A DNA stretch of 63,749 nucleotides, filler included, from an uncultured bacterium (GTDB lineage: Bacteria; CAYJRR01): the NCBI GenBank assembly GCA_964372275.1. It is 3 parts of 3 records of this genome, joined end to end, with 100 filler letters (N's around TTAATTAATTAA, not from the genome) between each part and the next. Parts side by side here need not be neighbours in the genome. Positions count along the whole stretch, not along the records: positions 31,801 to 63,749 come from CAYJRR010000048.1; 2 more parts are not named here. One strand, given 5' to 3'. Below, in pieces: positions 39,882-49,535 of the stretch (position 1 is the stretch's first letter; each line of letters opens with the position of its first letter). Below the pieces are notes generated by a model, which did no database searches, had not been told where the DNA came from, and saw nothing but the letters and a program-made list of their open reading frames with translations. Both the position numbers and the translations under genes were made by a program.

Positions 39882-41102
39882 TCACTCCTGAACGATGGCG
39901 TAGCCCTTCTTTTTCAAGCGGGCGAGGATCTGCTCGATGTGCGCCGGTCCCTTCGTCTCCAAGGTGAGGTCGACGTCGGTCTCGGCGATGTCCGCCTTGG
40001 AGAAGGCGCGGTTGTGGTAGATCTCGAGGACGTTCGCCTGCAGCTCGGCGAGCAGCCCGGTGAGGGTCGCCAGCGTTCCGGGAACGTCCTGGATTCGTAC
40101 CGTCAGGCGCACCATCCGCCCGTCCTTCACCAACCCCCGCTCGATGATGCGGGAGAGGACGTTCACGTCGATGTTCCCGCCGGACAGGACCAGCACCACC
40201 TTCTTCCCGGCCATCGGGAGCCGGTTGTTGACCATCGCCGCCAACGTCGAGGCGCCGGCCCCTTCGACCACCGTCTTCTCCTTCTCGATCAGGAGCAGGA
40301 TCGACGAGGCGATCTCCTCCTCGTCGACGGTCACGATCCCGTCGACCAGGTCGCGGACGACCGGGAAGGTGAGCTGTCCCGGCGTGCGCACCGCGATCCC
40401 GTCGGCGAGCGTGCGGCTCCCGGGGAGGGTCACGATCTCGCCCTTCGTCAACGACGCGTCCATGCTGGCGATCCGCCGCGCCTGGACGCCGTAGACCTTG
40501 ACGCCCTTGTTCTGCGCCTTCACCGCCACCGCGATCCCGGCGACGAGCCCCCCGCCGCCGATCGGCACGACGATCGAGTCGACGTCGGGGAGTTGGCGGA
40601 GGATCTCCAGCCCCACCGTCCCCTGCCCCGCCATCACCGCCGGGTCGTCGAACGGGTGGATGAAGGTGAGCTTCCGCTCCGCCTGGATCCGGATCGCCTC
40701 GGCGTAGGCGTCGTCGTAGTTGGCGCCGAAAAGCACCACCTCCGCCCCGTGGCTGCGCACCGCCGAGACCTTGATCAGCGGCGTGCGCGCCGGCATGACG
40801 ATCGTGGCGGCGATCCCGAGGCGCTGCGCGTTGTAGGAGACCCCCTGCGCGTGGTTGCCGGCGCTGGCCGTGATCACGCCGGACTTGCGCTCGGCGTCGG
40901 TGAGCTGCAAGAGCTTGTTGAGCGCCCCCCGCTCCTTGAAGGAGCCGGTGATGTGGAGGTTCTCCATCTTGACGAAGATCCGGTTCCCGCAGAGCTGCGA
41001 GAGGGTCTCGGACGTGTCGAGCGGGGTGACGCCGATCGATCCGCCGATCCGCCCGGCCGCCGCGCGGACGTCGTCGAGGGTCAAGGCGTGCGAAGAGGCC
41101 AT
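39882..41102 (-). CDS. ilvA: Threonine ammonia-lyase with C-terminal ACT domain
   Basis: TGSFKERG (PLP Lys), SAGNHAQG, PIGGGGL, SGGNID. Confidence 0.92.
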   Translation of the reverse strand: MASSHALTLDDVRAAAGRIGGSIGVTPLDTSETLSQLCGNRIFVKMENLHITGSFKERGALNKLLQLTDAERKSGVITASAGNHAQGVSYNAQRLGIAATIVMPARTPLIKVSAVRSHGAEVVLFGANYDDAYAEAIRIQAERKLTFIHPFDDPAVMAGQGTVGLEILRQLPDVDSIVVPIGGGGLVAGIAVAVKAQNKGVKVYGVQARRIASMDASLTKGEIVTLPGSRTLADGIAVRTPGQLTFPVVRDLVDGIVTVDEEEIASSILLLIEKEKTVVEGAGASTLAAMVNNRLPMAGKKVVLVLSGGNIDVNVLSRIIERGLVKDGRMVRLTVRIQDVPGTLATLTGLLAELQANVLEIYHNRAFSKADIAETDVDLTLETKGPAHIEQILARLKKKGYAIVQE

Positions 41103-41142
41103 GGAGGGCGGCGAGGATAGCGCGATCGCGCCGGCAAGGAAG

Positions 41143-42174
41143 ATGGAATCCGATCCGCCGCCGCCGCCCGAACACGTCGTTCCGCCCGAGGCGGACGGCG
41201 CGCGCCTGATCGACCACCTGCGAAATCGCCTGGTCTCGGTGCCGGTGGCGGAGCTGGGCGGCCTGGTGGTCGACGGGGCGCTGCGCCGCAACGGCGCGCG
41301 GGCGCGGACCGACGCGCGCCTCGCCGCCGGCGACCGTCTGACGCTCGACCCGGAACGCCTGCGCGCGCTCGCCGCCGCCGGACGCGCCATCCTCCCGCAC
41401 CCGGTGCGGCTCGACCGGGACGGCGGCCGCTCGGGCGATGATTGCGCCGCGGGGGGCGGCGCCGTTCGCTACGAAGACGACGACCTCCTCGTCGTCTCCA
41501 AGCCGAGCGGCGTCGACGTGCATCCGCTGGGGGCGCATCGCCAGGGGACCCTCTTGAACGCCCTCGTCCATCGCGCCGGGGCGCGGCCCGACGACCCGTG
41601 GGGGGCCTACCGGCCGCACCCGGCGCACCGCCTGGATCGCGCCGCCGGCGGGCTGCTGGCGATCGCCAAGAACGCGGAGACGCGCGACGCCTTCCGGAGG
41701 CTCGTCGACGAGCGGCGCGTGCGCCGCCTCTACCGCGCGCGCGTGCTCGGGGCGCCGGCGTCCGACGCGGGGATCGTCGACCGTCCGATCGGCCGCGATC
41801 CGGCGTTCGACTACCGGCGCGGCGTCGTTCCGCCCGAGCACGGCGGCCGCCCGGCACGCACCCGCTGGCGCGTCGTCGAGCGCCGCGCCGGCGAGACGCT
41901 CGTCGAGTGCGAGCTCGACACCGGCCGCACCCACCAGATCCGCGTCCACCTCGCGTGCCTCGGGCACCCGATCGTCGGCGACACGCTGTATGCCGACCTC
42001 GGCGATCCGACCCGTCCCGCCCCTCGCGCGGAGGGAGGCTCCCCGGGCCGGATCGCCGCGCGGGTGATCGCGCTGCACGCGGTGCGGCTGGCGTTTCCGC
42101 ATCCCCGAAGCGGCGCGCCGGTCGTCTGCCAAGAGGACCCTCCCGCGGAGTTCTGGGCGTTCGCCGCGAAGTAG
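41143..42174 (+). CDS. RluA/RluD-family pseudouridine synthase
   Basis: [32 protein letters not shown]. Confidence 0.9.
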   Translation: MESDPPPPPEHVVPPEADGARLIDHLRNRLVSVPVAELGGLVVDGALRRNGARARTDARLAAGDRLTLDPERLRALAAAGRAILPHPVRLDRDGGRSGDDCAAGGGAVRYEDDDLLVVSKPSGVDVHPLGAHRQGTLLNALVHRAGARPDDPWGAYRPHPAHRLDRAAGGLLAIAKNAETRDAFRRLVDERRVRRLYRARVLGAPASDAGIVDRPIGRDPAFDYRRGVVPPEHGGRPARTRWRVVERRAGETLVECELDTGRTHQIRVHLACLGHPIVGDTLYADLGDPTRPAPRAEGGSPGRIAARVIALHAVRLAFPHPRSGAPVVCQEDPPAEFWAFAAK

Positions 42175-42248
42175 ACGTCCGGTCCACCGGCGTTCCCTTC
42201 CGGCCCCCAGCCGACTCCGACTCCGACTCCCGTCACCCTCCCTTCCCC

Positions 42249-42277
42249 TTGTTCCCCCGGGACCTGCCCCCTATCAT
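42249..42277 (+). promoter_or_regulatory. Putative sigma70 promoter of hutH (short leader)
   Basis: TTGTTC-N17-TATCAT-N10-GTG, no SD. Confidence 0.55.
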
Positions 42278-42287
42278 CCGCCCCGCC

Positions 42288-43838
42288 GTGGGCCCGATCT
42301 CCATCGACGGCCGAACGCTTTCGCTCGAGCAGGTGCGCGACGTCGCCCTCGGCGGCGCCCCGGTGGCGATCTCGCCGGCGGCGGCGGAACGGATGGCGAG
42401 GTCCCGCGCCGTCGTCGAGGAGATGGCGCGGGGACGGACCGCGGTCTACGGCGTCAACACCGGCTTCGGTCTACTCGCCGACCGGCCGATCTCCGGCGCC
42501 GACCTGGAGCGGCTGCAGGTGAACCTCGTCCGCTCGCACGCGGCGGGGGTCGGCGAGCCGCTGCCCGACGAGGCGGTGCGGGCGGTCCTCCTCCTCCGCG
42601 CCAACGTGCTCGCGACCGGCCACACCGGTAGCCGCCCGCGCGTGCTCGAGCACCTGGTCGCGCTCCTGAACCACGGCGTCCACCCGGTGGTGCCGCGCCA
42701 AGGGTCGGTCGGCGCCTCCGGCGACCTCGCCCCCCTCTCCCACCTGGCGCTCGTCCTGATCGGGGAGGGATCCGCCCGCGTGCGCGGCCGCGTGCTACCC
42801 GGCCTGCTCGCGCTGCGCATGGCGGGTCTCGAGCCGCTCACGCTAGGACCCAAGGAGGGGCTTTCGCTCGTCAACGGAACGCAGGTGATGACCGGAATCG
42901 GCGTGCTTTCGCTGCTCCACGCCGAGCGCCTGGCCCGCGCCGCCGACGTCGTCGGGGCGATGTCGGTCGAAGCGCTGAAAGGGACGCCGCGCGTCTTCGA
43001 TCCCCGCCTCGCCTCCACCCGCCCGCATCCCGGCGGGCTCGCTACCAGCGCCAACCTGCGCCGGCTTCTCGCCGACAGCGCCATCGCGGCCAGCCACGCG
43101 GTGGAGGACGACCGGGTGCAGGACCCGTATTCGCTCCGCTGCATGCCGGCGGTCCACGGCGCCGTGCGCGATGCCCTGTCCCACGTCCGCGCAGTGCTCG
43201 AGCGGGAGGTGAACGCCTGTACCGACAACCCGCTCGTCTTCGTCAACGGAGACGGACTGTCCGCCGTCTCCGAGCTCCTTTCCGGCGGCAACTTCCACGG
43301 ACAGCCCGCCTCGATGGCGCTCGACTACCTCGGTCTCGCGACGGCCTCGCTCGCCGCCATCAGCGAGCGGCGCACCGAGCAGATGGTGAACCCCCGCGAG
43401 AGCCGCCTCCCCGCCTTCCTCACCCCCACGCCGGGGATCTGCTCCGGCTTCATGATGGCGCACGTCACCGCCGCCGCGCTCGTCGCCGAGAACAAGGTCC
43501 ACGCCCACCCGGCGAGCGTCGACACCATCCCCACCTCCGGCGGCCAGGAGGACCACGTCTCGATGGGGGTGACGGCGGCGCTCAAGGCCGACACGGTGGT
43601 GAAGAACGTGGCGCGGGTGCTGGCGATCGAAGCCCTGGCGGCGGCGCGCGGCCTCGAGTTCCACGGCCCCTTAAAGCCGGGGCGCGGGGTCGCCGTCGCC
43701 CACGCCCGGCTGCGCGCCGACTTTCCGGCCAGCGACGAGGACCGGCCGCTGGGGGGGGAGATCGAACGACTGGCCGATCGACTTCTGGCCGGCTTTTGGG
43801 AGAATCCGCTCCGCGACGCGGGGCTCGAGCTCGAATGA
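42288..43838 (+). CDS. hutH: Histidine ammonia-lyase
   Basis: [24 protein letters not shown] (MIO), [21 protein letters not shown]. Confidence 0.94.
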   Translation: MGPISIDGRTLSLEQVRDVALGGAPVAISPAAAERMARSRAVVEEMARGRTAVYGVNTGFGLLADRPISGADLERLQVNLVRSHAAGVGEPLPDEAVRAVLLLRANVLATGHTGSRPRVLEHLVALLNHGVHPVVPRQGSVGASGDLAPLSHLALVLIGEGSARVRGRVLPGLLALRMAGLEPLTLGPKEGLSLVNGTQVMTGIGVLSLLHAERLARAADVVGAMSVEALKGTPRVFDPRLASTRPHPGGLATSANLRRLLADSAIAASHAVEDDRVQDPYSLRCMPAVHGAVRDALSHVRAVLEREVNACTDNPLVFVNGDGLSAVSELLSGGNFHGQPASMALDYLGLATASLAAISERRTEQMVNPRESRLPAFLTPTPGICSGFMMAHVTAAALVAENKVHAHPASVDTIPTSGGQEDHVSMGVTAALKADTVVKNVARVLAIEALAAARGLEFHGPLKPGRGVAVAHARLRADFPASDEDRPLGGEIERLADRLLAGFWENPLRDAGLELE

Positions 43839-43857
43839 CACCACTGGCGAGGCGACG

Positions 43858-44400
43858 ATGAAGATCTACAAGACGAAGGTGCCGAAGATCGCGATGGAGA
43901 TCGTCTCCAGCCTGGGCTCGTCCGGGGCGATCGAGATCGACCCGGCGAAGGTCCCCGAGCTGGAGCTCGATCTGCGGGCGATCATCGACGGCTGGCTGCG
44001 CACCGACGAGCGGATCCACGAAGAGGCGAGGGAGCAGCTCGAGAACCGGCAACTCCCGTATTCCGAATTCCGCAGCGTGAAGCGCGCGCTCGCCAAACGG
44101 GAGAGCCACGCCACCGGCGAGGAGGGGCTCGACTGGATCATGGCCCAGATGGTCGACTGCCTCCTCAACGTCAGCCCCAACGTCGAGGAGGTCTACGTCG
44201 AGGACAACGTCCTCAAGCGGATGATCCACGACGTCTTCCAGCGCAACACCGTCGACGAGGAGCAGCTCGACGCCGAGGCCCGCGCCCGCATGAAGAACCT
44301 GCAGGAGGGGACCCCCGCCTGGGAGATCGAGTACCAGCGGGTGATGCGCGAGGTGAAGAAGAAGCACGGCCTGATCGAGGAGCGCTTCGAGCGGCGCTGA
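43858..44400 (+). CDS. DUF507-like hypothetical protein
   Basis: Duplicated helical pattern ERIHEEAREQL / EQLDAEARARM. Confidence 0.7.
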   Translation: MKIYKTKVPKIAMEIVSSLGSSGAIEIDPAKVPELELDLRAIIDGWLRTDERIHEEAREQLENRQLPYSEFRSVKRALAKRESHATGEEGLDWIMAQMVDCLLNVSPNVEEVYVEDNVLKRMIHDVFQRNTVDEEQLDAEARARMKNLQEGTPAWEIEYQRVMREVKKKHGLIEERFERR

Positions 44401-44418
44401 CGCGTCCGGCGGGCCGGG

Positions 44419-44532
44419 TCACGGTGGCCAGACCGACGCGGGCTTCTTGACCGGCGGCGCCGTCTTCGCCTGGACCGGGAGAGCGAGAATGGAGATTGCG
44501 GCGACGAGCACGGGCATGACGCGTTCGATCAC
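44419..44532 (-). CDS. 37-aa ORF consisting mostly of a signal peptide (not in the ORF track)
   Basis: AGGAGG-N7-GTG; MIERVMPVLVAAISILALPVQAKTAPPVKKPASVWPP*. Confidence 0.5.
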   Translation of the reverse strand: MIERVMPVLVAAISILALPVQAKTAPPVKKPASVWPP

Positions 44533-44725
44533 CTTTCTTCCTCCTGAAAAGGGGGTACAACCGCTGCGAATCCGTCTGCGGGAAGGCGTCGCCGCAGGAC
44601 GCTGCCGAAACCGCCGACCGCCGCTACGAGCCGCCCTCCCACCACCGTGAACGTTCTCCGTGCACCGCTCGGAAGCCGTGGCGACGTCCTGCCGCTTCTG
44701 GCGCCGGAGCGAGGGACGTCGGGCC

Positions 44726-45478
44726 TCAGTCGCTGTAGTCGAAGTCGAGCTGGATCAGCATTCCATCCGCGCGCATCACGAAGAAGTCGTAGTAGTTGCA
44801 GTGCACCGGGTCGTCTTCGCTGTCGTGCGCCTGGACGGAGTGGAGCACCTGGAGGTTCGTAGTGTCCTCGCAGATCTCTAGCCTGCGGTCGCGCTGCGGG
44901 GGCACGTCCTCCTCGCTGCCCTCCATGNNNNNNNNNNGGAACGAATCGTCCTTGGTGACGAACTTGCGATGGGCCCTCGCCGCCTTCGCGCCGACCGTGT
45001 AGGTCCGGCCCGGGCATCCCCGTTCCGCGTCGTAGGCGCGGGCGCGGGCGAGCAGCTGTTCGCGGGTGAGCGGACGCGGGAGCGAATCGAGACGGTGGTA
45101 GCTGTTTCCGGCGGTGCAGTCGAGCTCCTGCACCGCGCCGTAGCCGCGCAGCGTGATCGCGGCCGTGAAGATCTCACCCTTTCTCACGTAGCCGTTGTTG
45201 TCGCCCCGGTCGTCGACGCCGATCGCCTCCGTGAGGATCCGTTCCCGCGTGATCGCGGAGTCCGCCGCCCAGGTCTCGACCTCCGAGAGAATGGCGTGCG
45301 CGAATCGATGCCCCCGGAAGGTGCCGGTTCCCGAGCGGAGGGCGGCCGCCACCGCCCCTTCCACCGGGCGAAGCGGAGACTCCTCGCCGGCCGGACACTC
45401 GCGATCGGACGGAGCGGCGAACAGCGGGGCCGCGAGCAGGAGCGAAGGAAAAACGGCGAGGCGGGCGAGCGGACGCAT
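44726..45478 (-). CDS. Hypothetical secreted protein (10-N gap at 44928-44937)
   Basis: Signal peptide MRPLARLAVFPSLLLAAPLFA; several Cys; sigma54 motif upstream. Confidence 0.65.
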   Translation of the reverse strand: MRPLARLAVFPSLLLAAPLFAAPSDRECPAGEESPLRPVEGAVAAALRSGTGTFRGHRFAHAILSEVETWAADSAITRERILTEAIGVDDRGDNNGYVRKGEIFTAAITLRGYGAVQELDCTAGNSYHRLDSLPRPLTREQLLARARAYDAERGCPGRTYTVGAKAARAHRKFVTKDDSFXXXXMEGSEEDVPPQRDRRLEICEDTTNLQVLHSVQAHDSEDDPVHCNYYDFFVMRADGMLIQLDFDYSD

Positions 45479-45524
45479 GACGTGACCTCGTTCGGCGATG
45501 GGATGCAGGTTGCGACGCGCCGTG

Positions 45525-45541
45525 AGCAACGGCTGTGCCGG
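45525..45541 (-). promoter_or_regulatory. Putative sigma54 promoter
   Basis: Minus strand CCGGCACAGCCGTTGCT (GGCAC-N5-TTGC). Confidence 0.65.
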
Positions 45542-45563
45542 TCAAACCGCGCCCAAAAGCGCA

Positions 45564-45581
45564 ATTGACACGCGCGTCAAT
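45564..45581. promoter_or_regulatory. Palindromic operator candidate
   Basis: ATTGAC-N6-GTCAAT. Confidence 0.45.
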
Positions 45582-45635
45582 CCTGTCACCGCGCCGACCT
45601 GGGGCGGCGCCGTCCGAGGACGGGATGTCCCACGC

Positions 45636-46022
45636 CTACCAGCGCCAGACCTGGTCGAAGTCGGCGAACAGCTTGGGGAGCGCCGCGCGCGCGATCGGGG
45701 TGGTACCGGGAACGAATTCGTTCGGCTCGAGTCCGCGCTCGGCGGCGTCGTCCTGGACGAGGAAGACCTTCGCCCCCTTCTCGATCAGCTTTGCCACGTC
45801 CCCCGCGAGGTCCGGCGGATGGGGGTGGCGCTTCCCGCCGATGGCGAGCCCTGAGGCGTCCTGCCCCTTGGCTGCGTAGTTCACGGCGTTGCCGGTGAGC
45901 AGGACGTGGAGGTCGGCGCCGGCCCCCTTCATCGCGTGCGTCACCCACACGATCGGGTCGTCCTGCTCCTCGATCGTGCAGCGGTAGGCGGATTCGACAA
46001 TCTGCAAGACCTTCCGTCCCAT
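45636..46022 (-). CDS. DsrE/F-family protein (DsrF/TusC-like)
   Basis: LLTGNAV, FLVQDDAAERGL, LFADFDQVWRW. Confidence 0.75.
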   Translation of the reverse strand: MGRKVLQIVESAYRCTIEEQDDPIVWVTHAMKGAGADLHVLLTGNAVNYAAKGQDASGLAIGGKRHPHPPDLAGDVAKLIEKGAKVFLVQDDAAERGLEPNEFVPGTTPIARAALPKLFADFDQVWRW

Positions 46023-46031
46023 CGACCCCTC

Positions 46032-46445
46032 CTACCTCGTCCCGATGACGAGCGTGTTGTGGGAGCTCTCCGCCGCCTTCCAGAAGTCGGCGGGGCTGCC
46101 GCGCTTGACCTCGGGGATCGTCTCGCCGACCCCTCGCTCGTCGACGCACAGTCCGCAGTTGGTCCAGGTGAGCGTGCCGCCGTGGTCGCGCGCCGTTTGG
46201 ATCAGCGCCGCCACCCAGTCCTTCGGCAGCGGATGATCCTCCTGCGCCGCGTCCCGCCCGTGCACGCCGTTTGCGTGCGGCATCTGCTTGGCGAAGGTGT
46301 GGGCCACCGCCCCTTCGTAGGCGAAGACGTCGAGGTCGTATCCGCGGCGGGCGGCGATGTCGATCAACCGCAGCGCCGTCACCGTGCGGGCGTTCTCGAA
46401 CGGCGCGTCCATCAGGAGGAAGGTCAGTCTCTTCTTGTCGGCCAT
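46032..46445 (-). CDS. DsrE/TusD-like protein
   Basis: LLMDAPF, VFAYEGAV, CGLCVDERG. Confidence 0.78.
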   Translation of the reverse strand: MADKKRLTFLLMDAPFENARTVTALRLIDIAARRGYDLDVFAYEGAVAHTFAKQMPHANGVHGRDAAQEDHPLPKDWVAALIQTARDHGGTLTWTNCGLCVDERGVGETIPEVKRGSPADFWKAAESSHNTLVIGTR

Positions 46446-46463
46446 CGAAAGTCCCCTTCCCCG

Positions 46464-46790
46464 TTAGTGCCAGATCGCCTTGCGTCCGTCGGCCAGCTGA
46501 TCGACCACGACGTCGATCGGCGAGGCCTTCACCCCGTCGGCCAGGCGCCCGGCGTCGATGCCGCGCTCGCGCAGCGAGAAGTCGTCCGCCAGCACCTCCA
46601 CTCCCGCCCGCGCCACCGCCTCCAACGCCGGCGACGCGGCGCTCCTCCGCGCCGGGAAGACGCCGTTCTGCACCAGGAAGAGGGTCACGCGGTTCCCCTC
46701 CTTCGCGAGGCCGGCGGCGAGGTCGTAGTGGTGCGCGACCTCCTTCCACTCGAGCGGATCGCGCGATTCGATGATCAGGTAGCTCGCCAC
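46464..46790 (-). CDS. DsrE/H-family protein (DsrH/TusB-like)
   Basis: LFLVQNGV, ADDFSLRERGI; no Cys. Confidence 0.75.
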   Translation of the reverse strand: MASYLIIESRDPLEWKEVAHHYDLAAGLAKEGNRVTLFLVQNGVFPARRSAASPALEAVARAGVEVLADDFSLRERGIDAGRLADGVKASPIDVVVDQLADGRKAIWH

Positions 46791-46837
46791 GGAACACCCC
46801 CTGTTGTCGGACCGACGGAGAATAGCGGAAACGGCCG

Positions 46838-46870
46838 GAAAACGAAGAACCCCGCCTCGCGGCGGGGTTC
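46838..46870 (-). terminator. Rho-independent terminator of csp
   Basis: GAACCCCGCC-GCGA-GGCGGGGTTC followed by TTCGTTTT on the minus strand. Confidence 0.85.
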
Positions 46871-46892
46871 CCCGGGTTCAAGAATCCTAGGA

Positions 46893-47093
46893 TCAGATCT
46901 TGCGAACGTTGGCCGCCGCCGGGCCCTTCTTGCCCTCGACCACCTCCAGCTCCACGCGCTCGCCCTCGGCGAGGCTGCGGAAGCCCTCGGCCTGGATCGC
47001 CGTGTGATGGACGAAGACCTCGGTCCCGTCCTCACAGGTGATGAATCCATAGCCCTTCGCGTCGTTGAACCACTTCACTGTTCCCTGCGTCAT
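46893..47093 (-). CDS. Cold-shock protein (CspA family)
   Basis: [28 protein letters not shown]. Confidence 0.97.
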   Translation of the reverse strand: MTQGTVKWFNDAKGYGFITCEDGTEVFVHHTAIQAEGFRSLAEGERVELEVVEGKKGPAAANVRKI

Positions 47094-47230
47094 AGTGCGA
47101 CTACCTTTCGGCGGCGGATCTTCGTTACCGGGCACTGCCTGGTACGACCCTACGCTCAGTTATGGTCCGGAGCGGCTTTGCTCCGCTCCGAACCCGAATC
47201 TCCAGGCCCAACACGGATCTGGATGCGGGG

Positions 47231-47259
47231 ACGCTATCCCCTTCCGGGCCAAAATGCAA
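47231..47259 (-). promoter_or_regulatory. Putative csp promoter giving a ~130-nt 5'UTR
   Basis: Minus strand TTGCAT-N17-TAGCGT. Confidence 0.55.
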
Positions 47260-47295
47260 ACGGCCTTTCCGACCCCCGGCGAGGGGTCGGTCCGC

Positions 47296-48522
<1,227 letters not shown>

Positions 48523-48533
48523 GGGGACCCTTT

Positions 48534-49535
48534 CTAACCGATCTCGTCCTTCAAGTCGCGATTCATCAGGTCGATCACCGCCGCCTTCGCATCCTTCCCT
48601 TCGTAGAGGATCGCGTGGACCTCGTGGCACAGCGGCATCTCGATCCCGAGGCGCCGCGAGAGATGCTCCACCGACACCGCCGTCTTGATCCCTTCCGCCA
48701 CCTGGTCCATCTCTTCGCGGATCTGCGCCAGCGTCCTCCCTTTGCCGAGGAGCAGCCCCACTTTTCGATTGCGCGAGAGGTCGCCGGTGCAGGTCAGGAT
48801 CAGATCGCCCAGGCCCCCCAGGCCGGCGAAGGTGAGCGGATTGGCGCCGAGCCGGATCCCGAGCCGCGCCATCTCGGCCAGCCCCCGGGTGATCAGCGCC
48901 GCGCGCGCGTTGTGGCCGAAGCCCAACCCTTCGGCGATCCCGGCCCCGATCGCCAGGACGTTCTTCAGCGCACCGCCCAGCTCGATCCCGACCACGTCGG
49001 AGGTGGTGTAGGCGCGCATGTAGGCGCAGGAGAAGGCTCCTTGAGCCCGTTTGGCGATCGCAGGGTCTTCGGCGGCGATCGAGACGGCGGTGGGCAGGCG
49101 GTTGGCGACCTCGCGCGCGAAGCTGGGGCCCCCGAGGAAGGCGAGGTTCGGCCACAGCGCGCGGGGAAGAACCTCCTTCAGCACGCCGTTCATGGTGAGC
49201 AGCGTCTCGTTCTCGATCCCCTTCGACGCCGAGACGATCAGCGTGTCGGGGCCAAGCGAGCCCGCCGCGCGCGCCATCACCTCGCGAACCGCGTGCGATG
49301 GAACGACCGAGACGACCATCTCCTTCCCCTCGACCGCTTCGTCGAGGAGCGCCGTCCCGCCGAGCCTTTCCGGCAGCGGCACGTCCTTCAGGTACTTGGG
49401 ATTCCGGTGATCGCGCTCGATGGCGGCCGCGACCGTCGGATCGCGGTGCCAGAGCGTGACGTCGTTCCCCTTGGTCGCCAGCAGGTGCGCGAGCGCCGTC
49501 CCCCACGACCCTGCCCCGACCACCCCGACCTTCAT
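48534..49535 (-). CDS. gpsA: NAD(P)H-dependent glycerol-3-phosphate dehydrogenase
   Basis: GAGSWGTALA, SKGIE, GPSFA, GALKNV, GDLILTC..SRN. Confidence 0.96.
   Translation of the reverse strand: MKVGVVGAGSWGTALAHLLATKGNDVTLWHRDPTVAAAIERDHRNPKYLKDVPLPERLGGTALLDEAVEGKEMVVSVVPSHAVREVMARAAGSLGPDTLIVSASKGIENETLLTMNGVLKEVLPRALWPNLAFLGGPSFAREVANRLPTAVSIAAEDPAIAKRAQGAFSCAYMRAYTTSDVVGIELGGALKNVLAIGAGIAEGLGFGHNARAALITRGLAEMARLGIRLGANPLTFAGLGGLGDLILTCTGDLSRNRKVGLLLGKGRTLAQIREEMDQVAEGIKTAVSVEHLSRRLGIEMPLCHEVHAILYEGKDAKAAVIDLMNRDLKDEIG

Noticed and set aside
42212-42232. (CCGACT)3 microsatellite after rluA
   Set aside because: Short intergenic simple repeat with no supporting context.
42288-43838. Lone ammonia-lyase as a PAL/TAL or aminomutase of secondary metabolism
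   Set aside because: The NLVRSH specificity motif fits histidine ammonia-lyase and there is no biosynthetic cluster nearby.
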